Shown piece after piece: positions 27,394-36,471 of a stretch of 64,000 bases of DNA (within the stretch, counting starts at the first letter, position 1; each line of letters opens with the position of its first letter). The notes under the pieces were generated by a model. It was not told the origin of the DNA and made no database searches. It saw only the letters and a list, made by a program, of their open reading frames with translations. The position numbers and the translations under genes are program-made. Source of the DNA: a virus; IMG/VR virus record IMGVR_UViG_3300025141_000042, positions 36,292 through 100,291 of that record. One strand, given 5' to 3'.

Positions 27394-28332
27394 TTAAATA
27401 TCTTTTATGTTATCTTTGCCAAACGGATTAAGTTCGTGATACTTTAAGATCATCTTTGGTTTCACCACATATTTTGCATAATCGCTGCCCATATACTTGG
27501 CGTAACCTTCCCAGTTATCTATATTGAAGTATCTCTCGGTCTCCATTACCGTCTGACCATCTAAATTTATATCTCCGAACACCTTCTCAATTGGAAAGTG
27601 CCTTGCACTATACCTCTCTTCCTTTGGGAGTAAATCCCCTTTTACTGTCTTTTCTTTTTCATCGAAATAGGCACCAGGAGCATACACTCCCGTTCCCCCT
27701 CTTATGATCCTTCGAAAGGTTTTCCAGTCTTCAGCATCAAAAGTAAAAGAGAGGTACTCGCCATCTTTCACCGTCTTTCCCTGGTGGGATATGTAAAATT
27801 TCTTCTTGTGGTTGGAAATGGCCTTGCGATGCTTTCTCAAGCTTCTTACACTGTGGACGCCATATGGGAACGAGACATAGTATCTGTCAGGCACCACCCA
27901 CTTGCTTATGATCTTTGAAATAGAGAATGCGCGCATTGATCCGTAAATGATGCTCCATGCCAAACAGTCACGCTTGTCCCGATCCTTCGGGTGAATGGGG
28001 ACGTAGAAGATTGGAATAGTCTTCTCTTGTTCCGAACCAAATGCATACCCATATTTATTCCTCGCTGATGCTGTCCAAACTGGATCAATTATCCAATCCC
28101 CAATTCTATGCCTGATCAGAGACTGCATCTCCTTGTGGCAAACAATCCATATGCTCTCGCATCCTGCCATGGCACATTCATAGACACTTCGCTCTACGGC
28201 CAAGTAATCGTTGCCGACTGGCATGAGAGAATCGTGCCATGGGAAGTTGTAGTCCAGCGGTTGTGATGCAACTGGAATAACTCCTGCCAAGGTAAAGTAT
28301 GTTGTATCATGGATTGGTTTAATCTTTTCCAT
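27394..28332 (-). CDS. degenerate sugar-nucleotidyltransferase-like (GT-A fold) protein
   Basis: AGVIPVA...PWHDSLMPVG....VERSV.EC.MAGCESIWIV follows the NTP_transferase N-terminus but lacks GGxGTR. Confidence 0.55.
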   Translation of the reverse strand: MEKIKPIHDTTYFTLAGVIPVASQPLDYNFPWHDSLMPVGNDYLAVERSVYECAMAGCESIWIVCHKEMQSLIRHRIGDWIIDPVWTASARNKYGYAFGSEQEKTIPIFYVPIHPKDRDKRDCLAWSIIYGSMRAFSISKIISKWVVPDRYYVSFPYGVHSVRSLRKHRKAISNHKKKFYISHQGKTVKDGEYLSFTFDAEDWKTFRRIIRGGTGVYAPGAYFDEKEKTVKGDLLPKEERYSARHFPIEKVFGDINLDGQTVMETERYFNIDNWEGYAKYMGSDYAKYVVKPKMILKYHELNPFGKDNIKDI

Positions 28333-29128
28333 GCAAATATCTTTTCAAGAGAGTGACATACTTCCCTTTTGGACCACCATTATCAAGTTGCTCCAAGAGT
28401 TCGTCTTCATTGTGGGGTTCTACTGGCATATCAAATATCTCACGGTGAACTGTCTCCAATTTTATGGAGAGTCTCTTTGACTGTCCGGTCTTTCGATCAA
28501 CACCGTTCTTCTTTCCTTGGATGCCAGCATTCTTCATTGCGCCTAGAACCTTAAACTTTGCATAGATATCCGAATACTCCATCTCAGACAATTGTGCCTT
28601 GGTTAGATATGAAACAGCAAGGATATCTTTCTTCTTTCTCGGATTTCCGTCGGAACGTGTTGACGGATAAAAATAAATTTCCTCAACAAAAGATTCTGGG
28701 TGGGTAAGAAATTCGACATCGTGAGGAGAACTTTGACGGTCATCAATCCAATCTAGGACTTTGAATCTCTTATCCTTCTCTAGGGTACCTTCCCAACCCT
28801 CCACATTCTTGTCATCGAAAACAACTAAGTCCGAGTAACGAAAGGCAGAATAAGTGGGCCCGCCGGGGAAGACTTTGAGTAAACCGGGTTCTTCAATACG
28901 AATACTTTCGGCAGCGGATGACGTTGGCAGCAAACCAGCAAGAGACATCTGAAAAGAGATCTCTCTCCAAATCTGACTTTTGCTCCTACCTTGTTTATCC
29001 TTCTCGAAAAAAAGAGGGATCCTTGGCATCGTATATACTACTGGAACATTATTACAATATCCATATAGAAGAGATGCCAAGGATCCACCAATTATTATTC
29101 TTTCATACTCATATGTGTGCTTCTTCAT
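28319..29128 (-). CDS. protein with N-terminal FAD/NAD Rossmann-like motif
   Basis: YERIIIGGSLASLLYG resembles the GxGxxG dinucleotide-binding start. Confidence 0.5.
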   Translation of the reverse strand: MKKHTYEYERIIIGGSLASLLYGYCNNVPVVYTMPRIPLFFEKDKQGRSKSQIWREISFQMSLAGLLPTSSAAESIRIEEPGLLKVFPGGPTYSAFRYSDLVVFDDKNVEGWEGTLEKDKRFKVLDWIDDRQSSPHDVEFLTHPESFVEEIYFYPSTRSDGNPRKKKDILAVSYLTKAQLSEMEYSDIYAKFKVLGAMKNAGIQGKKNGVDRKTGQSKRLSIKLETVHREIFDMPVEPHNEDELLEQLDNGGPKGKYVTLLKRYLHGKD

Positions 29129-29421
29129 GCATTCTTGGGAGCTGCTCCGTAGAGGACTACATAGTTCTCAGGAACAAGATGAAACTCTTCGCCACGAAGG
29201 CGCATGGGTCTAACCATGGTTTCATCTACAACAACCTCGCAACCCACTCCGAATACCGGAGCGCAGTCCAAAGACCGATCAACAACCCGATAAGTGCCAA
29301 ATACTTCAGCAATCTTGTAATCATCGGGCAAAAGGATATCTGTTTTTGAAATCTTCTCATTGGTTGGTACTTTCTGTAAAAGCAGATGCCGGTTAAAAGG
29401 TTTGTAGTTCGCTGTGGTCAC
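29125..29421 (-). CDS. groES: GroES-like co-chaperonin
   Basis: KPFNRHLLL...DILLPD...VGCEVVV...GEEFHLVPENYVV. Confidence 0.75.
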   Translation of the reverse strand: MTTANYKPFNRHLLLQKVPTNEKISKTDILLPDDYKIAEVFGTYRVVDRSLDCAPVFGVGCEVVVDETMVRPMRLRGEEFHLVPENYVVLYGAAPKNA

Positions 29422-29693
29422 TCACACACCTGTGTTCTCTCATAGAGGTCAAAGAAATCTCTCATCTGCTCAAGATCTACTTCGCTCTTCATCAAGCGAA
29501 ACGCTTTTACTGCCGCAGAGATCTCTTCCTTGGAGAGCCAACCGTTCTCCACATAGTTCTGCTTTAGATCTCGCTTCTGTTCTTTATATGGTTCCATTTC
29601 TTTCTCTAGTGCTGCAAGAGATTTGATATAATCAACAATCTTCTCTTCTTTTTTCGCACTGTCTTCGACAACCCTCAAGTTACTTTTCGCCAT
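29418..29693 (-). CDS. GapR/DUF2312-like (T4 DsbA-like) dsDNA-binding protein
   Basis: YIKSLAALEKE....KEQKRDLKQ.....G.....I.....L; AAGGAG SD. Confidence 0.6.
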   Translation of the reverse strand: MAKSNLRVVEDSAKKEEKIVDYIKSLAALEKEMEPYKEQKRDLKQNYVENGWLSKEEISAAVKAFRLMKSEVDLEQMRDFFDLYERTQVCE

Positions 29694-29723
29694 TTTTTGC
29701 TCCTTTGTGAAGGGTGAGATACG

Positions 29724-29752
29724 ATCATAGCATACTGATATCATCGTGTCAA
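29724..29752 (-). promoter_or_regulatory. sigma70 promoter
   Basis: TTGACA-17nt-TATGAT with TG extension. Confidence 0.78.
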
Positions 29753-29760
29753 GTCCTTTT

Positions 29761-31638
29761 TCACCTTATTTCACATGCGCCGCCGGCACATGCCAATTCT
29801 CCTTGTAAATCAGTATTGTCTTCTGTTTCGCGGATTCGACTCAGGTCAACACGATTCAAATGAGACATCATCTCATAGTAAGTTTCTTCGCTGCACTCTT
29901 CAAACGGTGCCTGTACATAAGAACCGCCATCGTAAGGGAGCACTGAGATTCCATTGTAGTGTCCTCTGTTCTCCCACATCCAGTGACCAACCTCAGACCA
30001 CTCTCCTTGCTTCACCGATATGGTAGCAGAAATGTTGTGCGTGTTCTGACCGGTTCGATGACCAGGTTTAATCCAGTTCTTAGAAAACCACTTGATTCTC
30101 TCCAACAGATCTAGTGATGTCTCGCCCTCACGTATTGTAGCATGCGCAGGGGACTTTTGTGGAACAGAGATTACTGCTGTGTCGTGCGGGCGGAAGTATT
30201 CATCCTCCACCAACTCTGGGTGGTTCTTTGTCAAATACTTGTAGATCGCCTCATCCTTTCCTACTCTGACTCTGCGAATGTAATATTTGCTGTGCCACGC
30301 ATGAATGCCGGAAGAGCACCCCAATGCTAGAGAGGTTGTTCCAGCGGGTTTCACTGTCGTGATACGGGCCGCAGGGTTGATGCCAATCTTTTTCGCAATA
30401 TCCTTATTCTTTTCTTTTGCTGACCTGGCGGCTTTCTTTAAATCCAAATCGCGCATGCGATTGGAAGCAATGCCCGTAAGACTTACGCCTAATAGGGCTT
30501 CTCGCTTCGTGGTTCGCTGCCAGATGGGGCGGAGATAATGGAAGTCTGTATATCCTGCCTGCAAAGTCCCAATAAGAGTGGCGGCACCTATGCGGTCCTC
30601 CAAGTCTTGTTGCCCTTCTATTGTTGAAGCATTAACCTCACACAAATTACAGAACTGGAATGGTCGCAGGGCAATCTCGCAGCACGGATTAGTGCCATAA
30701 TCTTTATCATTGGAAAAATAGATGCCGGGTTCTCCAGAGTTGCTCAACTGGATCTTTTCCCACAATTGAAAGAAGAAGTCTTCATCAACCTTGTGTCGCA
30801 ACAAAACCGCACTATTGTTTGCTCGGCCGCGTTGCGGATTGAGTTCCCACCAGTTCCCGTATTTACACGAGATCATCTCCTCGTCATCCGCAGAAAACAG
30901 AGAGATGAGTGCTGCTCGACGGATTCCGCCAGCAAGTACCGCATCGGCAATATGGCAGACAAGATCGTGTACTTCAATAGAAGTCAATTGATCCCCATCC
31001 TCCTTGTTATTCAAGATGCTCTTAAGTTGACGAACGCAAATCTTCAATGGTTCAGGACCGGGTGCCTTTCCGCCGCTGGTCACCAACAGTGAACCCTTCG
31101 GGCGAATGTCACTAAAGTCAAATTCAACAGTAGAACCACCATGGAAGTAGGACTTCATCAAGATCTTTACAGCATCTGCCCACCCCTCAATGCTATCGCT
31201 AATGAGAAATCGCTTGTTGCGGTTCGGGTTTGGTTTGCGGATTTCTGGCAGTTTCTCAATGTGGTGAGTTTGGACACTATACCCGACTCCTGTTCCACCC
31301 AAGAGGAGGAATAAGATCTCGCTGAATACTCTCCAGTCGTCAACCGGGGCATACGCACAGTTATACACTCGATTGGGAGAGATCTCAATCGGCTTTCCGC
31401 CAAATTGTAGAGATCGCATTGAAGGCAAAACTTTCTTTTCATAAACATACTTATATGCTTGCTCGATATCTTGCTCTAGATCGGGATATTTCTTAAGGTG
31501 CATCTCTTTGTTCCTGGTTACCAACTCTTCCCAGGTCTCGCGCCTATCTTTCTCTTCTAAAAACCTTGCATATTTCATATACACCGTAATATCACTCAAA
31601 ATCTCGCTCGACATCTCCATCTTGCCTTCATCATACAT
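29761..31638 (-). CDS. nrdJ: class II (B12-dependent) ribonucleotide reductase
   Basis: YNCA, GGTGVG, GTNPCCEI, CNLCE, TTVKPAGT, C-terminal CAGGAC; no small subunit nearby. Confidence 0.93.
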   Translation of the reverse strand: MYDEGKMEMSSEILSDITVYMKYARFLEEKDRRETWEELVTRNKEMHLKKYPDLEQDIEQAYKYVYEKKVLPSMRSLQFGGKPIEISPNRVYNCAYAPVDDWRVFSEILFLLLGGTGVGYSVQTHHIEKLPEIRKPNPNRNKRFLISDSIEGWADAVKILMKSYFHGGSTVEFDFSDIRPKGSLLVTSGGKAPGPEPLKICVRQLKSILNNKEDGDQLTSIEVHDLVCHIADAVLAGGIRRAALISLFSADDEEMISCKYGNWWELNPQRGRANNSAVLLRHKVDEDFFFQLWEKIQLSNSGEPGIYFSNDKDYGTNPCCEIALRPFQFCNLCEVNASTIEGQQDLEDRIGAATLIGTLQAGYTDFHYLRPIWQRTTKREALLGVSLTGIASNRMRDLDLKKAARSAKEKNKDIAKKIGINPAARITTVKPAGTTSLALGCSSGIHAWHSKYYIRRVRVGKDEAIYKYLTKNHPELVEDEYFRPHDTAVISVPQKSPAHATIREGETSLDLLERIKWFSKNWIKPGHRTGQNTHNISATISVKQGEWSEVGHWMWENRGHYNGISVLPYDGGSYVQAPFEECSEETYYEMMSHLNRVDLSRIRETEDNTDLQGELACAGGACEIR

Positions 31639-31656
31639 TGCTCTCTCTCCTTCTTG

Positions 31657-33021
31657 TTAGTTGCTGGTCTGATCTTCTCTTCGCTCTTCTCTCATGAGTC
31701 TGTAGACCTTCTTGGGCCCGCTCTCTGCATCATTCGAGGAAAACTCTGATTGTGGGAATACTCGTATCTCCACATTAGCCGGATCCATAAAAATAGGAAA
31801 CACTATGCCATCGAGTCCATTTCGATTCTTGGCAATATAAATTCTTCCTGTATTATTGGATTTGTCTGCCCCCGTTCTGGATACCGAGAATATGAAGTCT
31901 GCCACAAAACACTTTGAGAATGCCTCGCTTATGGATTCCATAGTTATGACCTCGGCATTTATTCCGCTCCTATTAGTCTGGGATGCTGTCCAGACTGGGC
32001 ACTCGTATTCTTGAGCGATTGCCCTTAATTCTTCATAAATAGTTTCGAGTTCATTCCTTTTCTCCTTGGAGTATGCAATTGGTCTCAAAATATCAGCATA
32101 ATCAACAACGATCATCCCGATGTCGAAATCTCTACTCTTTAACTTTTCCAAGTGATTTCTGATTGTTTGTGTTGTGGCACTCTTAGTGGGGTATTCCTTC
32201 ACAAGGAGTCGTCCTGGGATTTCTTTGATTTCCTCGAAAACCTCTTCCTTGTTGGAATAGAGTTGATTAATCGGGATCCCCGTTATACAACTGTCGTATC
32301 TGTTGCCGATTATTGTGTCTTGAAGTTCCAAAGTATAATGTACCACTGTAGAACCCTTCTTGATGGCCGACGCACCCAAGTGGGCGAGGACCATGCTTTT
32401 TCCCACTCCAGTTGGGGCAATAACAACGCCAAGTTCGCCTCGCCCAAGTCCGCCGCCAAGAGTCTTATCTATCTCATCCCACCCGGTTGATACCGGGTTG
32501 CGATGAGTTAACTGATATCTCTTCTCGAAATCCTGCAAAAAATCATAACCAACATCATTTCCGACGCCAAGTTTTAGCGCGTCGTTGATTATCTTGCTAA
32601 CCTCGTCAAAAGAAGAGTCTTGCATCAACTTCACGCTCTTGAGCATTGCTCCTTGCAGATTCTGCTTTCGGCAGAAGTCGAGCGTCTTGTCTCTGACATA
32701 TACCTCATCTACGCTATCGGGCGTGGATTTGATTCTGACGTAGAAACTGCGTACTTGTTGGCGCACCACGTCGCTAACCGAGGAATCTTCGCTTTTCAGA
32801 ATACTCTCAAAAGTAGCGAGGGAAGGGTGCTTTTTGTATTTTTCCTTGTAAGAGAATACTTTCCGAACAAAGTCTTGTAAGTATTTTAATTCAAAGAAAT
32901 TGATGTCGAGAACTTCGCCCACTTGACTGGCGAAGCTAGAGTCTTCCAGAATTATTCTTGCCAAACTCTCTTGAAAGGGTTTGCCAAAGGAACCAAATGT
33001 CGCTTCTTTCTTGTTTTCCAT
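31657..33021 (-). CDS. dnaB: DnaB/T4 gp41-like replicative helicase
   Basis: APTGVGKS, TLEL, VVDYAD, WTASQTNR, KNRNG. Confidence 0.93.
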   Translation of the reverse strand: MENKKEATFGSFGKPFQESLARIILEDSSFASQVGEVLDINFFELKYLQDFVRKVFSYKEKYKKHPSLATFESILKSEDSSVSDVVRQQVRSFYVRIKSTPDSVDEVYVRDKTLDFCRKQNLQGAMLKSVKLMQDSSFDEVSKIINDALKLGVGNDVGYDFLQDFEKRYQLTHRNPVSTGWDEIDKTLGGGLGRGELGVVIAPTGVGKSMVLAHLGASAIKKGSTVVHYTLELQDTIIGNRYDSCITGIPINQLYSNKEEVFEEIKEIPGRLLVKEYPTKSATTQTIRNHLEKLKSRDFDIGMIVVDYADILRPIAYSKEKRNELETIYEELRAIAQEYECPVWTASQTNRSGINAEVITMESISEAFSKCFVADFIFSVSRTGADKSNNTGRIYIAKNRNGLDGIVFPIFMDPANVEIRVFPQSEFSSNDAESGPKKVYRLMREERREDQTSN

Positions 33022-33046
33022 TGATCCGTCCGTATTGGTCAAAAAA

Positions 33047-34018
33047 TTATAGTTTGTGATCGGAGATCATTTTTCTGAAAGAAGCATATAACTCCTCAAG
33101 ATTGATCTGTGGAAAACCGTCCTCGAACAAGAGTTTGACAACGCCAGTATTATTAAACAATGGTTTATACTCGCCAAATGTGCTCTTTATCTTTCTGGTA
33201 GTCTGAGTTGACAGTGCTGGAGAATATAGTTGCATCATCTTGTAGTTGATTTTTACTGTCTCTATGTTTTCGATGATATCGTTATAGAATTTCACTTTGC
33301 CGTCTTTATGCTCTTCGCAATACTCTAGAATTTCAGAAATAAGATAACTCTTATCCTCTGCCAAAAATGGCAGACGCTTTGCGACGGTTGCGAGTCCTGC
33401 GCGTGGCACACCAGGCAGATTATCTGACTTATCGCCTGCTATAGCACGAGCAGCAGCAAAATTATCTGGATGGATCTGGAATTTCTCAAGGATCGTGTTT
33501 CTGCTCACCACCTCGTCCTGGATCGGTCGATAGAGGATCGTTGAATCGCCACAAACTTGAAAAAAGTCCTTGTCGCTAGAGACAATGACCTTCTGCCAGT
33601 CAGAAAACACAGGAAGGTTGCTCACATAAGAAATTGTGTCATCGGCTTCTATCTCTGGGAACATGAACTGGACAACGGGTGTCTCATTCAGATATTCCAA
33701 TACGCGAACTTGCTGCCAGATGCGATTCTCTGATTCCTCATTCTCTGGCATGTTGCGAATGAAGCGATTAAGTCGGACGGGTTTTCTGCCCGCCTTATAT
33801 CCCTTAACAATACTTCTTCGCTTCTTACTTCCGCCGGCACCATCCCAGACAGTCACTATGAGATCCGGTCTGATAGTGCGGTTCAGTTTCTGCAATCCCT
33901 GAAGGAATCCTACGATCCCGCCAATTGGTTGACCATTGCTTGATATCGTGGGATTCACGATATAGTGCCGTATAAAGGCATTGTGGCCATCAATTATCAT
34001 CATCCTCTTTTTCGCCAT
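33047..34018 (-). CDS. 5'-3' exonuclease / flap endonuclease (PolI N-terminal or T4 RNase H type)
   Basis: IIDGHN, WDG, YKAGR, EADD, SSDKD, GDKSDNLPGV. Confidence 0.93.
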   Translation of the reverse strand: MAKKRMMIIDGHNAFIRHYIVNPTISSNGQPIGGIVGFLQGLQKLNRTIRPDLIVTVWDGAGGSKKRRSIVKGYKAGRKPVRLNRFIRNMPENEESENRIWQQVRVLEYLNETPVVQFMFPEIEADDTISYVSNLPVFSDWQKVIVSSDKDFFQVCGDSTILYRPIQDEVVSRNTILEKFQIHPDNFAAARAIAGDKSDNLPGVPRAGLATVAKRLPFLAEDKSYLISEILEYCEEHKDGKVKFYNDIIENIETVKINYKMMQLYSPALSTQTTRKIKSTFGEYKPLFNNTGVVKLLFEDGFPQINLEELYASFRKMISDHKL

Positions 34019-34181
34019 CGTTCACTTCCAGTCTTTCCAACTTCTCTTTCAAAACTCTGATTCTTTCGAGCATTTTTACCCGGTCGTCACCCAGAGAGAG
34101 GACTTCATCATACAATCTCTCAATTGCACCCAGGGAAATCTCAATTGCCTCTCTGAGGGATTTGAATTCTTCTTCACTCAC
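33990..34181 (-). CDS. small coiled-coil protein
   Basis: GTG start overlapping the recA stop; fills the gap. Confidence 0.45.
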   Translation of the reverse strand: MSEEEFKSLREAIEISLGAIERLYDEVLSLGDDRVKMLERIRVLKEKLERLEVNDGEKEDDDN

Positions 34182-35304
34182 CTGGGTCTTCTTCTTCATC
34201 CGACTCGTAAAAGGTAGATGCATCAACGATTCTTTTATCGAACTTCAATACAACCTCCTCATCGATCAGTTGCATCACTCGGGCACGGAACTTCTCGTCT
34301 TTCATTTGTTCTGCCCACTTTGCCGACTGGAACTTCTGCGAGGTGCCATCTTCGAACTTAAGCGTCCACCAGGCACCAGCACTACTGATATGCTCGGAAG
34401 ATTGGATTGCCTCGAAAAGACTCTCATCGTCGCGGACGCCTATATCATCGCCCCACATAATTTTGAAGTTGCAAGTGCGGCCGGAAGTGCCAAAGCGGGA
34501 TTTCTCCAAACGTGCCTTCACCTCATTGCCGATCCGATAATTCTTCTGATCCAGAATATAACTGCTCTTGCCGCGTCGTCCAGTTAACCAAATACGGAGA
34601 CTGTAGGCATATGCCATTGACTTGCCGCCTGGACAGACATACTTCTCGCTGTCTGTGGCATATTTTGGGTTTGTTACCTGCAAGTTTGTTTTCAGTTGAT
34701 TCAATACCAATAATGTGGACTGAGAATTCGCGAGGGATACGACCAATTTTGACATTCCCTTGGCCAAAACTCTGGCTTTTACCGCAACGGACTCGTTGGG
34801 ATTAAAAGTTCCCTCAACGTCGCTTACTGCTGGCGTTAGCGCAAGAGAGTCCCATACAAATAGAAACTTATCGTCACTAGAGTTGAGGAGCGTCTCTATC
34901 GTCTCTAGGACGAATTCAACAGACGTTGCTTGTACATAACCGATCTGAGAAATATCAACGCCGCTGCGTGTCAGAAACTTTGGATCAATGGCAGATTCAG
35001 AATCGAAATAAAAGACCTGTAGTCCCATCTTCTGGGCATTGGCACATGTCTGTGCTGCCATGTAACTTTTACCGCTCGCTTCCATTCCGGCAATCTCAGT
35101 CAATTTGCCCACTGGAATGCCTGCCATCTTGCCTCGGCATATGATTCCGTTTAACCACGTTGAACCAGTCGGGATCCACTCTTTCACCTCAGTAGGGTTC
35201 TCAGAAGTCAGATCGTGTGCCACTGGCATGCCGGCTTTCTTGTTGATGAGTGCTCGCATCTCGTCGATGCTCAAACTTCCTTGTTTGGGTTTGATTCTCG
35301 CCAT
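34174..35304 (-). CDS. recA: RecA/UvsX recombinase
   Basis: GMEASGKS, FDSESA, WDSLA, NQLK, PGGK, EKSR. Confidence 0.95.
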   Translation of the reverse strand: MARIKPKQGSLSIDEMRALINKKAGMPVAHDLTSENPTEVKEWIPTGSTWLNGIICRGKMAGIPVGKLTEIAGMEASGKSYMAAQTCANAQKMGLQVFYFDSESAIDPKFLTRSGVDISQIGYVQATSVEFVLETIETLLNSSDDKFLFVWDSLALTPAVSDVEGTFNPNESVAVKARVLAKGMSKLVVSLANSQSTLLVLNQLKTNLQVTNPKYATDSEKYVCPGGKSMAYAYSLRIWLTGRRGKSSYILDQKNYRIGNEVKARLEKSRFGTSGRTCNFKIMWGDDIGVRDDESLFEAIQSSEHISSAGAWWTLKFEDGTSQKFQSAKWAEQMKDEKFRARVMQLIDEEVVLKFDKRIVDASTFYESDEEEDPGE

Positions 35305-35325
35305 AGGGATTTCCTCGTAAAGTAT

Positions 35326-35359
35326 AAAAAAAATGAGGCACCTGGTAACCCTGTGCCTC
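35326..35359 (-). terminator. intrinsic terminator after SSB
   Basis: GAGGCAC-loop-GTGCCTC followed by A then T8 on the minus strand. Confidence 0.75.
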
Positions 35360-35379
35360 CCCGTGGGAAACTAAGCGTT

Positions 35380-36141
35380 CTAAGCGCCCATCAGTTCATC
35401 TAGGGCACTATCTACCCTTCCCGCCCCGGCGGGGGCAGTTGCCGTATACTTCGTCACCTCGCTAGCAAACTCCTCGGGAGAGTCTGAAGCAAGATGTGCA
35501 TCCAAGTATCCCCGGACATCGGTTGCTGACTTTCGCTCAAAGAGAGTCTCAAAGTCAGGGATGTTGGAGAGGATCTGTTCGCATTGCTCTTCGCTCAGTT
35601 TATCGCTGCAAAGAGTGCTAGAACGTCGTTTCGGAGTAATCTTAGTTACTGGAAACTGTCCTCCCGGTGGTTTCCCATAATTGATGTCCAAATCAATCCC
35701 GGTTTCAGTATCGGTAATGTCCCCATAGTCCGGATTCAGCACAAGACCTAATAGGGTTTCATAGACCGTCTTCGAGAAACCCCAAAGACGGGCGCCTGAT
35801 TCCTCTTCTCCCCGAGTCAGCACAGGAGAGAAAAATCGGGACTTAACACCGAGCTGGCGCGCCATTGCTCGACTTTCTTCATCGCCCTCTTGATAAAGAC
35901 CACGAACAAATGAGCACACCGCACAGTCATCACCATAGTTGTGTTTCGGACAAAGAAAACCATTCTCTTTGCCGACACCATAGTGAAAAGAAAAACTTTT
36001 GAAAGGATCTCCATCCTCAGTCGGCACAATCCGAACTGTTTGTAAACCTTCCGATGGTTTCCAGAACTGACTTGCGCCGCCCTGCCCACGGTTTTGTAAG
36101 GCAGAATACTTCTCTTTCATCTTCTTCATATCAATAGCCAT
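35380..36141 (-). CDS. T4 gp32-like single-stranded DNA-binding protein
   Basis: FWKP...VRIVP..DGDPF...HY...CP...CAVC...DYGDITD..TG.D; acidic tail. Confidence 0.85.
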   Translation of the reverse strand: MAIDMKKMKEKYSALQNRGQGGASQFWKPSEGLQTVRIVPTEDGDPFKSFSFHYGVGKENGFLCPKHNYGDDCAVCSFVRGLYQEGDEESRAMARQLGVKSRFFSPVLTRGEEESGARLWGFSKTVYETLLGLVLNPDYGDITDTETGIDLDINYGKPPGGQFPVTKITPKRRSSTLCSDKLSEEQCEQILSNIPDFETLFERKSATDVRGYLDAHLASDSPEEFASEVTKYTATAPAGAGRVDSALDELMGA

Positions 36142-36175
36142 TCAAGACTCCTTTTTCCGTTGTTAGTATTGTCAT

Positions 36176-36204
36176 ATTATAACAGATCACTTTTGCTCTG
36201 TCAA
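36176..36204 (-). promoter_or_regulatory. sigma70 promoter for SSB-recA operon
   Basis: Perfect TTGACA-17nt-TATAAT. Confidence 0.85.
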
Positions 36205-36471
36205 GTGTTTTGTTTCGAATTCTTTTTTCTCTTGTCCCTCTAACAGTTTAACGCCGATATCGCCTACGGCCGTCTTCCAATTAAAGGTGCGCAGTCCGCT
36301 TTGTTCCAGATCCCACACGAGTTCCTGACCGGGTGGCAAAAGTCTAGGTTTTGCCTTGGAACCTATCTTTGTTTCCAGAAATGTGGTTGGAAGATCCTCC
36401 AACTTCACAAAGGTCATAGTTCGAACTTCATCGTTCTTCTTTTTGAAACTTCCATTGAAAATTTTAACCAT
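36187..36471 (-). CDS. WYL/SH3-barrel-like protein (DUF2693-type)
   Basis: FKKKNDEVRTM...VWDLEQSGLRTF. Confidence 0.65.
   Translation of the reverse strand: MVKIFNGSFKKKNDEVRTMTFVKLEDLPTTFLETKIGSKAKPRLLPPGQELVWDLEQSGLRTFNWKTAVGDIGVKLLEGQEKKEFETKHLTEQK

Noticed and set aside
22895-35304. Inteins or introns in dnaE, nrdJ, helicase, recA
   Set aside because: Lengths are normal, motifs are contiguous, and no splice-junction or homing-endonuclease motifs were seen.
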